Shown here: positions 49,516 to 60,063 of the stretch, in pieces
Layout: each line of letters starts with the position of its first letter
Numbering within the stretch: position 1 is the stretch's first letter
Source of the DNA: an uncultured delta proteobacterium
Lineage (GTDB): Bacteria > Desulfobacterota > Binatia > DP-6
Direction: 5' to 3'
Length of the DNA: 64,000 bases
Assembly (NCBI GenBank): GCA_963815115.1
Contig: CAWFFN010000008.1
Coordinates: forward strand, 736,001 to 800,000
Notes under the pieces: generated by a model
What the model saw: only the letters and a program-made list of their open reading frames with translations
What the model was told of the DNA's origin: nothing
The model's database searches: none
Translations under genes and position numbers: made by a program

Positions 49516-50029
49516 GCGCTCGGGATCCCCAATGGTGAGTGCACTCGGCGCCTACCGTCGAAGGAGGACCGCAGGATGCGACGACTCATCGTGCTGCCGA
49601 TCCTGGTCCCGCTGTTCGCCCCGGCCTCGACGAGCGACGCCGCCCAGTGCACCACCCGCAACGAGGCCCGGAGCGTCTGCAAGGTCCTTCGCCGCCGCAT
49701 CGCCTGCAACCAGTGTGCGTTCCGCTCCGCCCCTTCGGGCTCGTGCCTGAGGCCCCCCGCCCCGTCCGCGTGCGCCGGGACCATCGTCGACGACGCGGTG
49801 GCGCTCACCTTCGGCGATAACCTGCTCCCCGCGCACACGTCGACCGCCGCGCGCTCCGGAGCCAGCGGTGCTGCCAGAAGCAGATCGGCAAGGCGGTCGG
49901 CAAGTTCCTCCGCCAGCTCCGCCACGACGGGCCGTAAGCGCGAGCGACGAGCGCACGGGATACAGCTTCGGCGACTCGCCTCCCCCGGTGTCTACCGCCG
50001 GTTGAGGGTGCGAGCGTCGCAGCACGGGC

Positions 50030-50306
50030 TCGCGATCACGGAGGTGCGCGCCATCCGCAAACGCGACTCCTATCTTGCGGCTCAGTACCGCCGGCTCGTC
50101 AAGCGGCGCGGCGACAAGAAGGCCGTCATCGCGGTCGCCCACAGCATCCTGATCATCGCCTACACGTCCTGCGGAACGGGCAGTCCCATCGCGAACTTGG
50201 CGGCGCCTACTTCGACCACCTGAATGCCCAGCGCCTCACCCGGTATCACACGACACGCCTCGCCGCGCTCGGCTACACGGTGACCCTCAGGAAGCACGCG
50301 GCCTGA
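50030..50306 (+). pseudogene. IS110 transposase C-terminal fragment
   Basis: YLAAQYRRLVKRRGDKKAVIAVAHSIL...RLAALGYTVTL. Confidence 0.8.
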
Positions 50307-50343
50307 CACCGCCCTCCTTTTTCGTAGTATCGACCAAGCCCCG

Positions 50344-52749
50344 CTAATGCTTCTCGGTCAGGTGGATCACGCTCAGATTGGGATCGCTCTGGATTGCGCC
50401 CTCCGTGAAAGGCATATCCACCCAGCCCGACGCGGAGAAGAGCCGCGTCATATCGGCGAAGTGCGGGTTCTCAGGGTCGGTCGATTGCGAGTACGTCACC
50501 ACGGCGCGTGCGTCGGGACCGCTGCGGGTGAAGGTGACCGCCTGGATGTAGCTCGATCCGCTGACGATCGGCGTGAAGCCTACGCCGGGGATCAACGCAG
50601 CCGGGCTGATGGCGTTGTAGACGCCCGAGGTGCCCGAGCCGCCGTGGATCGGAATGGTCTCTCCGCCGCGCGTGTCGAACTGGATTTCCCCCCACGCGAC
50701 GTTGAGCGGAATGTTGGCATCCGCAAAGCGCTTCACGGCCGCCGCGAGGTCGCTCATGATCCTGGCGCGCACGCTCACGCTCGCGAGGTTGACGCCGCGC
50801 GGCGTATTCACCGGGTCAGCGGGATCGAAGGGCACCGCAAAGAGGTTCGGGGCGTTGCTCGCCCGGTTCCAGAACTCGGTCCAGAGGTGCGGCCCGACGC
50901 TGGTGAGCTTGTTCGCACGATCCCAGGCCGCGAGGACGTCGCACGCCTCGGTCACATCCACGATCTGGCCGCCGACATTCACGAGGTGGCTCTCCTCCGC
51001 GCAGAGAGTGAGGACACCGTCGAGCATGATCTCGGCGCTGTAGTGGCGGTCGGCGAAGAGCACGTCCTGGAGCCACTGCCGGCCGAAGCCGGTCCCGGGC
51101 AGGCCGTCGGTGCCCGCCTGGCGGTCACGGATCTGGGTGATGCCCAGGCGGGTGCGGAAGCTCTGCGGGCGCCCCTCGTCGGTCCCGATGATCTGCGGGA
51201 AGCCCTCCAGCCTCGCGTCGGGATTCGCGAGCCAGTAGCTGTCGTTCGAGTTCTGGACGAAGTCACGGCGCTCCAGGCTGGGCAGGTTGCCGGGGCCGAA
51301 GATGCCGGTTTGCGGCGCGTCGGCGTCGGAGCCGAGGTCGCACTGCGAGGTCGAGCCGTCGAGCGTGTACACGCGCGCCGAGGAGAGCGCCAGGGCGACG
51401 GGCGTGTCCGCGCACGCGGCGAGCTTGGCCTTCGTGACGTGCGGCACCGTGCTGATGTCGCCGTAGAAAGCGTCCCCCTGGCGGTCGGCTGCGATCGTAT
51501 TGACCCAGGGGAGCGCGAGATTTGTCCGCAGGGCCTGAGCAAACTCGTCGAGATTCCGTGCGGTCCCCATCTCGCGGAACTGCTTGAGCCCACGCACGTT
51601 CCCGAGGTTCACATCCGTGAGGGCGTACGCTCGCTGCGTGGACCACACGGCCAGCGGCGGCAGCACCATCACGGGGCCGAATTGCGTCATGTAGAAGGTG
51701 TGGTCGACGCTCGCGACCGACCCGTCCGCCTGGAGCACGTCGACGCTCACCACCTCCGGTTTCATCGGCACCACCTGGCCATCGAAAACGTAGGACGTCG
51801 GAGCGCCCGCCGCCAGAGTGAGCTCTCGCACCACGAAGTGCCGCGCCGTCGAGACCGTGTGGCTCCAGGCGATGTCGCGGTTGAAGCCGATGCTCACGAG
51901 AGGGAAGCCATAGATCGCGGAGCCCATCACGTCGTAGCGGCCGGGAATGGTCAGGTGGACGGCGTGGAAGCGCTCGATCCCGAACCAGGGGAAGTGTGGG
52001 TTGCCGAGCAGCGCACCAGCGCCACCCGTGAGGTCGCCGCCGAGCGCGACGGCGTTGCTACCGAAGTGCTCGGTGTTGGTGTCGGGCAGCTCGACCGCGG
52101 CGAGCAGGCGCTTCGCCCGCTGGCCGTTCGTCACCCGCGCTAGGGATGCCGACATCGCGGCCCCGCCGGTCGCCTTGGCGACCGGCACCGCGGGCGGCAC
52201 GGCGCCAACGAGGGAGGAGATGAAGTTGGCGGTCCCCGCGCGTAGCGTGAGCTTCTTCAGCACCTTGAGCATGTCGAACTCATCGATCGGCCGCACCCAG
52301 GCGGCGCCGCGGCAGTCGGCGGCGAGCGCGTCCACACCCGTGTCGCGGAGATAGCGGTTGTAGCCGTCCGCGTAACCGCGCAGGAGGTCCTGCGTGTCGG
52401 TGTCGAGGCTCTCCCAGTCTGCGCGCGTCAGCGCGTCGGTGTTGACCAGCCCGTACACGAAATCCGAGGCGAGATTGCCGCCCTGCGGGCCGAAGAAGCG
52501 CGACTTGGTTCCGGTCGCGACGAGGACGTCACCGGCCAGTACACAGATGTTGTCCTGCGCGAACGCGTACCCGTAGCCGTAGCCGAGGCTCCCCCAGTCC
52601 GAGGCGCGCACGTGCGGGATGCCGAAGGACGTGCGCCGCACCTTTGCCTGGTAGTGGACCTTGGCATTTTTCGCATGAACGATCTCTCCGTTGGAGACGA
52701 GCACGAGCGCCGAGACGGTGAGCGTGACGAGCACGGAAGAGCAACGCAT
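50344..52749 (-). CDS. Ntn-hydrolase acylase (penicillin / AHL acylase, PvdQ-like), secreted
   Basis: Signal peptide, GIPH, GSNAVA, NPHFPW, HTVS, NSNDS, YSQS. Confidence 0.92.
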   Translation of the reverse strand: MRCSSVLVTLTVSALVLVSNGEIVHAKNAKVHYQAKVRRTSFGIPHVRASDWGSLGYGYGYAFAQDNICVLAGDVLVATGTKSRFFGPQGGNLASDFVYGLVNTDALTRADWESLDTDTQDLLRGYADGYNRYLRDTGVDALAADCRGAAWVRPIDEFDMLKVLKKLTLRAGTANFISSLVGAVPPAVPVAKATGGAAMSASLARVTNGQRAKRLLAAVELPDTNTEHFGSNAVALGGDLTGGAGALLGNPHFPWFGIERFHAVHLTIPGRYDVMGSAIYGFPLVSIGFNRDIAWSHTVSTARHFVVRELTLAAGAPTSYVFDGQVVPMKPEVVSVDVLQADGSVASVDHTFYMTQFGPVMVLPPLAVWSTQRAYALTDVNLGNVRGLKQFREMGTARNLDEFAQALRTNLALPWVNTIAADRQGDAFYGDISTVPHVTKAKLAACADTPVALALSSARVYTLDGSTSQCDLGSDADAPQTGIFGPGNLPSLERRDFVQNSNDSYWLANPDARLEGFPQIIGTDEGRPQSFRTRLGITQIRDRQAGTDGLPGTGFGRQWLQDVLFADRHYSAEIMLDGVLTLCAEESHLVNVGGQIVDVTEACDVLAAWDRANKLTSVGPHLWTEFWNRASNAPNLFAVPFDPADPVNTPRGVNLASVSVRARIMSDLAAAVKRFADANIPLNVAWGEIQFDTRGGETIPIHGGSGTSGVYNAISPAALIPGVGFTPIVSGSSYIQAVTFTRSGPDARAVVTYSQSTDPENPHFADMTRLFSASGWVDMPFTEGAIQSDPNLSVIHLTEKH

Positions 52750-53299
52750 GGCGGGCTCCTTTCGGGGTCACTTGGCCCCCATCTCGGGGACGGATTGATC
52801 GACCGGACCGGGCGGGCCGCCCTCCGAGCTGCTCACACACCTCGCCTATCACCCGTAACGACCAAACCGTCAAGCCACCCATGCCCCGCCGCCGATCGAC
52901 GTCTGCGCCTGGCCCAGGGCGTCCCGCTCGACGCAATGATCGGGTGCTACCAGCTCGCCCGTGTGATCTGGGCAGGGGAGCCGCTGTCGGGGGAGAGATG
53001 CAGGACGACGCGCGACGATTCACGGGCACGAAGGCGGCCGTGCGGCCCCTTCGACCGCACCGAGCACCGATTGATCGTCCATGAGATTGGCGGACACGAC
53101 ATCGGCCTCCGCCGCCACCGCCGCGACAGAGGCTGCGACGGTCGCGCCAGCATCCGCGACGGGCGCATCTTCGCGGCCGTCCGGGCGACAGCCCCGTTGC
53201 ACCGGACGCAGGCCGATTTTAGGAGGTGCGAGCGCGCGCGCCTGGCGATGAGCTGCGACGGACTGACAGGCTGGCTCAAGCATCTCGTGGGACGACAGC

Positions 53300-53470
53300 C
53301 CTTCTTCCCGCATCAGATGTCGTTCATCCTGGAGCTTCCGGCGCGGCGGCTCTTGATCACACCGTCACAGCTGGCGGACCGACTGCATCTGGCGCCGAGC
53401 TCGAAGGTGCTCGAGGTCGGCTGCGGTTCGGGCGTGTTCAGCGTCGAGGTGGCGCGACACCTGCCCGCCC
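53300..53470 (+). pseudogene. SAM methyltransferase fragment
   Basis: FPHQMSFIL...KVLEVGCGSG. Confidence 0.55.
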
Positions 53471-53807
53471 TGGAGCTACACCGCAAACTTCCGGCGACCG
53501 TGATCCCGATGACCTACGGGCGCGATGTCGACTGGGCCCGTAATCTCGTCAAGGCGCGCGCCGGCGAGGTCGTCCAGCTGGGCCGGCGCTTCACCCTCGC
53601 CTTACCCTCTCCCATCTCGTGGTGCAGGTTCCGTGCCGGTGCCGCGACGCCACTCTGCGTGCCGTTCCGGATCGAGGCACGAGCAGACGATTCCCAGGGA
53701 TGAAAGTCGTCGGCAGTCCGGCGGTTCCGCCGGTGAGCAACGGCATCAGGTTCCCCGGCGGCCCCGCGTCGCCAGTTGGTGATTGCAGGGACGGCACGCC
53801 GGGAGGT

Positions 53808-54158
53808 ATGGCCTCGCGGATGGTTGATGCGACGATCCCATCCGCCGAGGCCCTCGAGATCGGTTCCCTGCTCGCGTACGCGGAGCAGGGAATCGCCAGC
53901 CGCGTGCTCGCCAAGACCGGCGGTGGAAACGTGACGCTGTTCGCGTTCGATACCGGGCAGGGGCTCAGTGAGCACACGGCGCCGTTCGACGCGCTCGTGT
54001 TCGTGCTGGACGGAGGGCTGACGCTCACCGTCGGCGGGCGCCCCGTCGCCGCCCTGCCCGGCACGGTCGTCCGCATGCCCGCCCACGTGCCGCACGCCCT
54101 CGAAGCGACGTCGCGCACGAAGGTGCTGCTCGTCATGCTGCGCGTGCAGGGCGAGTGA
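53808..54158 (+). CDS. cupin domain protein
   Basis: FAFDTGQGLSEHTAPFDA...MPAHVPHAL. Confidence 0.9.
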   Translation: MASRMVDATIPSAEALEIGSLLAYAEQGIASRVLAKTGGGNVTLFAFDTGQGLSEHTAPFDALVFVLDGGLTLTVGGRPVAALPGTVVRMPAHVPHALEATSRTKVLLVMLRVQGE

Positions 54159-54325
54159 GCACCGCCGCTCGCAACGTTGATGCGCCAGAAAGACTCACCG
54201 CAGCGGCGCGGAGACGCGGAGATAGTGTGCTTGAGATTTGTGTCCGCGGTTGAATCTTCTCGAGGCCGCTTCTTCTCATCGGGTCGCGTTGAAGCGCGTC
54301 GTGGCGCTCTAACCCGAGGGATGAA

Positions 54326-54555
54326 ATGACACCGCGGCCACCAATGATCGACGGACGGATCGTTCTGCCGGACGATCGTCGGCTCGGCTTCGCGGAGTTC
54401 GGCGCGCCGACCGGGAAGCCGGTGTCCTGGTTCCACCGCACGCCGGGCGCGCGGCGCCAGATCCCGCCTGAGGCGCGTCTGGGGGCGCAACGGCTCGGGG
54501 TCCGCTTGATCGCCCTCGATCGACCGGGAGTGGGCGATTCGACGCCGCATCGCGC
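54326..54555 (+). pseudogene. alpha/beta hydrolase N-terminal fragment (paralogue of 7506-8477)
   Basis: RRLGFAEFG...WFHRTPGARRQIPP...DRPGVGDST. Confidence 0.75.
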
Positions 54556-54559
54556 CGCG

Positions 54560-55067
54560 CGTCGCGGGCGGCGGACTCTAGGGTGGCACCCCTTGCCGAA
54601 GGGCGTGGCCTTCCTGCCGCGCTACGCCACTGTGTCGGCCGCGGCCAACCATCGCTACCTCGATGCCCTGGCCGTCGTCGACGACCCCGCCCCCGCTCAT
54701 CGTGCCCTCGACCGCCTCGTGCAGCCAGTGCGGGATCGCCACGGCCGGTCGTCGAGTGCCTTCAAGCCCACGACCACCCCCGTCGTCACCCTGTTCGCCG
54801 CTGTGCTCCGTGGGGAGCACACGCTCCAGGGCTTCCGCAACCGCGAGCTGCGGCACGCGGCTGTTCGGTCCCACTGCTGCTGCCGATCGCCGGCGCAGCG
54901 GACAGGTCTCACGCCTTGTCAAACGGCTTCACCTGCGCGGCCTGGTCGCGAAGATTCCTCGCTCGTGCCGCTGGCGGATCACCCAACTCGGACATGCCCT
55001 CCTGAGCGCGGCCATCCAGCTCCGCGAGGAGGCGTTCCCCACCGCCTTCCTCAAGACCGCCGCGTGA
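54560..55067 (+). pseudogene. transposase-like C-terminal fragment (winged-helix end)
   Basis: AANHRYLDALA...GFRNREL / SRLVKRLHLRGLVAKIP..WRIT, frameshifted. Confidence 0.6.
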
Positions 55068-55122
55068 CGCGGCAAGATGTCCGCACGTTGCAGAGAACTC
55101 GGACAGGAAGAGTCCATCTGCC

Positions 55123-55671
55123 TCAGAAGTCGCGTTCGATCCGCAACGCGACGATAGTGGTTGCGAGGCTATCGTATTGCGCCACGAGCAAGCAGAATTC
55201 GATCATCCGGCGGTCGTCGAGATGTGCCGCCAGCGCAGCCCAGGTGGTGTCGTCGAGGTCCTTGGTCTCGATGAGGGAACCGACAGCCGTCAATAACGCG
55301 CGGTGTCGCGGGCTCCATCCTTCGGCACCGGGTCCCGTCAGGATGCGCTCCAGGATCTCGGCGGTGACCCCGGCGCGGCGTCCCAGGCGAACGTGATGGT
55401 CCATCTCGTACTGGCAACCGCGCAGGTGTGCGACGCGGAGTATCACCAGCTCCGTCTCATGACGCGACAGCTTGCCGCCGGGCATGAGCTTGCCGGAGAA
55501 GTGGAGCCAACCTCGGAACAGCCCCTTGGTGCGACCGAGCGTACTGAACAGATGGACATCGCGTACTCCGGCGCCGAGGGACAAAATCCTCCACAGCCCC
55601 CAGTTAATGAGGCCGAGCTCCTTGAAGCGTCCGGGAGGGATGCGGGATGCCGACGCGTTGCCGGTACTCAC
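55123..55671 (-). CDS. carboxymuconolactone decarboxylase / AhpD-like protein
   Basis: ETELVILRVAHLRGCQYEMDHH. Confidence 0.85.
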   Translation of the reverse strand: MSTGNASASRIPPGRFKELGLINWGLWRILSLGAGVRDVHLFSTLGRTKGLFRGWLHFSGKLMPGGKLSRHETELVILRVAHLRGCQYEMDHHVRLGRRAGVTAEILERILTGPGAEGWSPRHRALLTAVGSLIETKDLDDTTWAALAAHLDDRRMIEFCLLVAQYDSLATTIVALRIERDF

Positions 55672-55775
55672 CTTGTCCTTTCGGGCAGCGCGGTGGATTC
55701 CGGAAAGCACGGTGATCAACCGAGGAACTTCGGTGGATCCGAACTTCGCGATCGTGACGCCGTGAGCGCGCCGCC

Positions 55776-58205
55776 TCATCTCGGCCGGCCGAGATCGTCC
55801 TGGCTCCAGTCGCAGACGCCTTCCGGGAAGATCTGGTTCAGGCGGTCGCGCTCGGCGGGGCTCGGCACCCAGCTGCCGTAGGTGCCGGATGCGATCGCCG
55901 CGTCCACGCTCTGGAGCCCGCACTTGAAGATGCCGCCCTCGAACGGGCCGCCCGCCACGCGGCGCGAGCTGCTGTGGGTCGGGAACATCTGCGTGCACGG
56001 GCCGGGCGGCAGGTCGTCGAGCACGCCGTCCCACACGTGCGGGCCGTGGGCGATCTCGACGCCCGCCGTGGTGAAGCAGCGGTCCACCGCGAGCGCCGGC
56101 TTGTTGCCCGCCACGCCGCGCTGCGGCCGCTGCCGGATGTTCTTCATCCACTCGTCCATCACCGCGAAGGCCTCCGGCGTCTGGTCGAAGGCGACGGCGG
56201 GTCGCGCGTCGGTGAACCAGATCACCTGGTTGTCCGCATTGCCGTTCGCGATCTGGATGCGCCGGCGCGTCGCGAACGACTGGTGGCTGTGGTGCATGTC
56301 GAGCTCTTCCTCGAGGTAGTGCCGCCAGTCGATCACCGGGACGTCGATCGAGCCGTCGAAGCGCATGCCGCTCTGGTAGGCGGCATTCATCGCCTCGAGG
56401 CTGCCGTGCCGGCGCGGCGCCGGCGTGACGCCGCCGTCGGGCGAGAGGTTCATGTTGCGCTCGCTCCACGGATCGAAGGTCGCCGGGCTCGGCGCGCCGA
56501 TGAAGGGGAAGCCCTCCTGGACCATGTCGCCGGGCTCCTTCCAGCTGCCGATCTTCGCGTTCAGGTCCAGGAACTCCGCCGGCGTGATCACGCCGTCCAC
56601 CAGCGCCTGCAGTCCGTACTGCACGCCGACGTTGTCCCAGGGCGTGCGCCCGAAGCCCTGCGCGTCGGTGCCATAGATGTTCACGAGGTCGCCGGCGTGG
56701 GTCCAGTCAACGTCCGCGGCGCCCTGCGCCAGCTTGTCGAGATCCTGCACGTCGGTGAAGTTCGGGTTCAGCACCAGCGGCGTCAGCCCGAACCAGGCGC
56801 GCCGACACTCGGTGATGGCGGGCACCGGCGAACCCGGCTCGGGCACTGGCGCGTTCAGGCCGAGCAGCGCGTAGAGGCCGTAGAGCTGGAACCACTGCGT
56901 CGCCTCGGAAGCGTCCATGAAGGGCATGCGGCTCGCGTTGAGGCCCTCGACGGCGCGCCGGTTCAGCACGTCGTCCCACTTGTTGTTGGTGAGATCGGTC
57001 TTGTCGAAGTAGTGCTCGAGCAGCTCGCAGTCTCCGACGTGGATCGTCTGTGTGATCATGTCCGAGTAGGAGTACTGCGGGATCAGCGCGTCGAGCAGGC
57101 CCGGGTGGTTCTGGGCGTAGACGTACTGCTGGATCGCGCCGCCCGAGCCGCCGACGCCGACGGTGTAGAGCGGCACGCCGTGGGCCTCGACAAAGCGCTC
57201 CTTCAGCATCAGCGCCGTCTCGCCGCCGAGCTGGAGGTTGTAGTGGGTGTTGGTGCGCAGTCCGCTCGAGCTCACCACCGCGTAGCCGAGCTTCAGCACG
57301 TCGTCGCGCAGCATGGCGCCGCCGCCGATCGTCCCCTGGGTGCGCCCGATGGCGACGCCGCCCTCCATGCTGAAGACCAGACGGCCGTTCCACAGCGAGT
57401 CGTCGGGATCGGACGGATCCGTCTCGCCGGCCGGCGCCAGCATGGCGATCGCGTAGATGAAGCGATTGATGGTGCCGCGCTCGCGGCGCACGATGTAGGG
57501 CACCGTGTCGCCGTCGAGTGTCGTCGTCATCGCGATGTCGCCCGGCAGCGGCCCGGCCGGGTTCGGCAGCGCCGCGAAGGCGCCGGCCGTGTTGCGGTAG
57601 ACGTAGTCGAAGCGGCGGTTCGCCGCGCAGTTCTTGCTCCAGCCGACGATCACGGCGCCGGCGGTGGGATAGCCGCGCCCGTCGCGCGGGTAGTTGCCGC
57701 TCGCGTCCTCCTGCGCGACGGGAATGCCGAAGTGGTCCTGGTTGTCGACGATCGGCTGGCCGATGCCGGCGCGCGCCGTCGTGCACACGAAGGGCTGCTG
57801 CTGCGGACCCGAGAAGATCGGGCCGCTGGCGGGGTAGTTGGTGACGACGAGCTGGGCGTGGGGCTGCGAGTTCGGCCCCGACTTCAGCACCAGCAGGTTG
57901 TCGCCGAGCTCGAAGCCGGTGACGACGCCGATCAGGTCTCCCTTGCTCTGCTGGAGCTGATCGGTGACGTCCACGCCGTTCAGCAGCAGCAGCGCGTTCT
58001 TCTTGACCTTCTTGCCCGGGAAGCCGACGCGCACCAGCGCGTCGCCGCCGGTCACCTGGTACGGCGCGCTCGACAGGATCTCGATCTTCCAGGTGTCCTT
58101 TTCCTCACTGGCAAAGGCCCCGACCGCGACGACGAGCGAGGCGGCGCCAAGCAGAGCGAGGGCGAGGCAGCGGCGAGAGACACGAGCGCAACGGCGGTTC
58201 GCCAT
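55776..58205 (-). CDS. large secreted alpha/beta-hydrolase-like protein (DUF6351-like)
   Basis: Signal peptide, VTGGDALV, GPIFSGP, GGSGGAIQQ, DNVGVQYGL, FPEGVCDW. Confidence 0.8.
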   Translation of the reverse strand: MANRRCARVSRRCLALALLGAASLVVAVGAFASEEKDTWKIEILSSAPYQVTGGDALVRVGFPGKKVKKNALLLLNGVDVTDQLQQSKGDLIGVVTGFELGDNLLVLKSGPNSQPHAQLVVTNYPASGPIFSGPQQQPFVCTTARAGIGQPIVDNQDHFGIPVAQEDASGNYPRDGRGYPTAGAVIVGWSKNCAANRRFDYVYRNTAGAFAALPNPAGPLPGDIAMTTTLDGDTVPYIVRRERGTINRFIYAIAMLAPAGETDPSDPDDSLWNGRLVFSMEGGVAIGRTQGTIGGGAMLRDDVLKLGYAVVSSSGLRTNTHYNLQLGGETALMLKERFVEAHGVPLYTVGVGGSGGAIQQYVYAQNHPGLLDALIPQYSYSDMITQTIHVGDCELLEHYFDKTDLTNNKWDDVLNRRAVEGLNASRMPFMDASEATQWFQLYGLYALLGLNAPVPEPGSPVPAITECRRAWFGLTPLVLNPNFTDVQDLDKLAQGAADVDWTHAGDLVNIYGTDAQGFGRTPWDNVGVQYGLQALVDGVITPAEFLDLNAKIGSWKEPGDMVQEGFPFIGAPSPATFDPWSERNMNLSPDGGVTPAPRRHGSLEAMNAAYQSGMRFDGSIDVPVIDWRHYLEEELDMHHSHQSFATRRRIQIANGNADNQVIWFTDARPAVAFDQTPEAFAVMDEWMKNIRQRPQRGVAGNKPALAVDRCFTTAGVEIAHGPHVWDGVLDDLPPGPCTQMFPTHSSSRRVAGGPFEGGIFKCGLQSVDAAIASGTYGSWVPSPAERDRLNQIFPEGVCDWSQDDLGRPR

Positions 58206-58589
58206 GAGCAGTTCCTCCAACCGGCGGCGCGGGCTATCCACAGAGAGCTCCGCGGAATTCACCCTACGCGTCGGGCGAATCGGGTGTCAACCGCGCACGC
58301 CTCGCGCAGCGAGGCGCAGCCGATCGAAGTCAGCGGAACGACCCTGCAGGCTGCAGAAAACGCTCAGCGCTTGAGCTCGGAGAACTGGATCGAGCAGACG
58401 CAGATGTACCCTCTCGACCCGTCACGCGGCCTGGTCGTGCCCAATGCGGGCGCCACGACGGCGCCGCACGTGCTGCACCCAAGCATGCTCGGGACTCTCA
58501 ACGGGCTCCCCGTCGACCCGGCGATCCAGTGCACCCTCTCGACGAGCCAGCGCCCAAATGCATTCCTCCGCAGCCCGATCAGGGAGCTC

Positions 58590-59030
58590 GCCACGGGAGA
58601 CCTGCGCCATCCGACACAACCGCGTCACCGGATACCGACCTTTCTCCGCCTCGACGAACCGGTAGCGGCTCATCGGGTTTCCATCGCGAAGAAAGCCGCC
58701 CGCTTCAGGATGTCTCGCTCCTCGTGCAGCACCTGCACCTCCCGCCGCAACCGCCGCAGCTCCTCGCGCTCTTCGATCGTCAACCCGTCGCGCTCGCCCG
58801 CGTCCACGGCCGCCTGCCCGACCCAGCGCCGCACCGCCGTCTCACTCAGGTCCAGCTCACGACAGATCGCTGGCAGCGATCGCTCGCCCCGGCGCACCAC
58901 GGCGATGACCTCGGCCTTGAACTCCGGCGTGAACGACCGCCGCTGCCGCCGGCGTGCCCCGTTCCCTTCCGCCTTCTTCCCCATTCGGACTCCCTCCACG
59001 TGGGCTCACGCCCACATCCGGGATGTCCAC
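58590..59030 (-). mobile_element. truncated relative of the 1190-2480 IS3 (orfA and start of orfB)
   Basis: OrfA ending AFFAMETR; MSRYRFVEAE; shared leader GTGGGCTCACGCCCACATC. Confidence 0.88.
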
Positions 59031-59144
59031 GCGTTCGTATCGATGAAGGCGCACGGGCTGTCCTCCGCGCCACTGCGGTACGGTCCGCAGCACACCACGG
59101 GGTCATCCGCGAGGAGCCCCAATCGACGACGGGAGGACAGCTCG

Positions 59145-59440
59145 ATGGAACGCTACTACGTGGGTCTCGACGTGCATAGCCGCGAGAGTGTGTTCGTCAT
59201 CAAGAGGCATGACGGGGAGCTCGTCGACCGCGGCGCGCTCCCCACGACCGCGCTGGGTCTCGCGCGCCTCCGCGACGAGCACGGCTTGCCCCCAGGGACG
59301 CCCATCGCCCTCGAGACCGGCACGTCCGCCTTCTTCGTGGCGAGCTCGCCCGCCTCGACCTCACGCCGGTCGTGATCGATGCACACGAGGTCCGCCGCAA
59401 GGCCCACCGCCCGCTCCAGAAGAGTGACCGCCGCGACGCA
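59145..59440 (+). pseudogene. IS110 transposase N-terminal (DEDD) fragment
   Basis: MERYYVGLDVH...ALETG...KSDRRDA, frameshifted; GGAGG RBS. Confidence 0.8.
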
Positions 59441-59682
59441 CTCGAGGAGTCGCTGGCGCTCATTCACGAGATTCGTCCCCGAGGAGTTCGATGCGGACGA
59501 ACCGATCATCAAGCCATGACTTCGGGGGGGCCACCCAGCTTCAGCTGCTTGGCAACGGGTCCTTCATCGCGTCGGTCGCGCTCGATGCACAGGCAGCGCG
59601 TCGCGACGTACACTGGCTACATCCGGTCCCTCGGCATCGGAGTACCGACTGATTCAACGGTAGCGCCGCGGACGACGGTTTC

Positions 59683-59829
59683 TGCTACCGCGCTGCTACC
59701 ACTCCCACCCAACCCAGGACGCACGAGGCGAAAGTGTGGTCACTCGTGATCGTCGGTTTTCCGTGGGGATAGGTCTCCCTGGTGCTGCGAAGTTTCGCCT
59801 CTATCCGAGTTCGTAATCAGTCGGTCGCC
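59683..59829 (+). other. second type of tRNA-Thr att-like junction
   Basis: TGCTACC direct repeats, then TTCGTAATCAGTCGGTCGCC about 110 bp downstream. Confidence 0.55.
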
Positions 59830-60011
59830 CTCCGAGGCGAACCTCGTTCGTCGTCCCATGATTCCATCCAACTCGACGTCTGCAGCCTCGCGAAACTCGG
59901 GGCGGTTCAATCCTCGATGAGAAGGCGTTGGAGGAAGGGATGAAGAGAAATGGAAGCGGACCGCGTTCTGCGAACCCGCGGGCGCCTTGGGCACACCGGA
60001 GGAGAGGAGCG

Positions 60012-60061
60012 TTGACAGAACGACCCAGCCTTCCTACACTACGAAAGTAGGACTTTCCTAC
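60012..60061 (+). promoter_or_regulatory. sigma70 promoter and palindromic operator of TA copy 3
   Basis: TTGACA-17 bp-TACACT; GTAGGA-CTT-TCCTAC. Confidence 0.7.
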
Positions 60062-60063
60062 CC

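Noticed and set aside
55974-59375. 1133-aa plus-strand ORF (also 11677-14622, 35960-38404 and 50347-52143)
   Set aside because: Antisense shadow ORFs of real genes in high-GC DNA; only the last ~75 codons of the 1133-aa ORF are IS110.
50030-59440. One IS110 split around a 9-kb cargo
   Set aside because: The C-terminal piece precedes the N-terminal piece and the middle is missing; these are more likely two independent relics.
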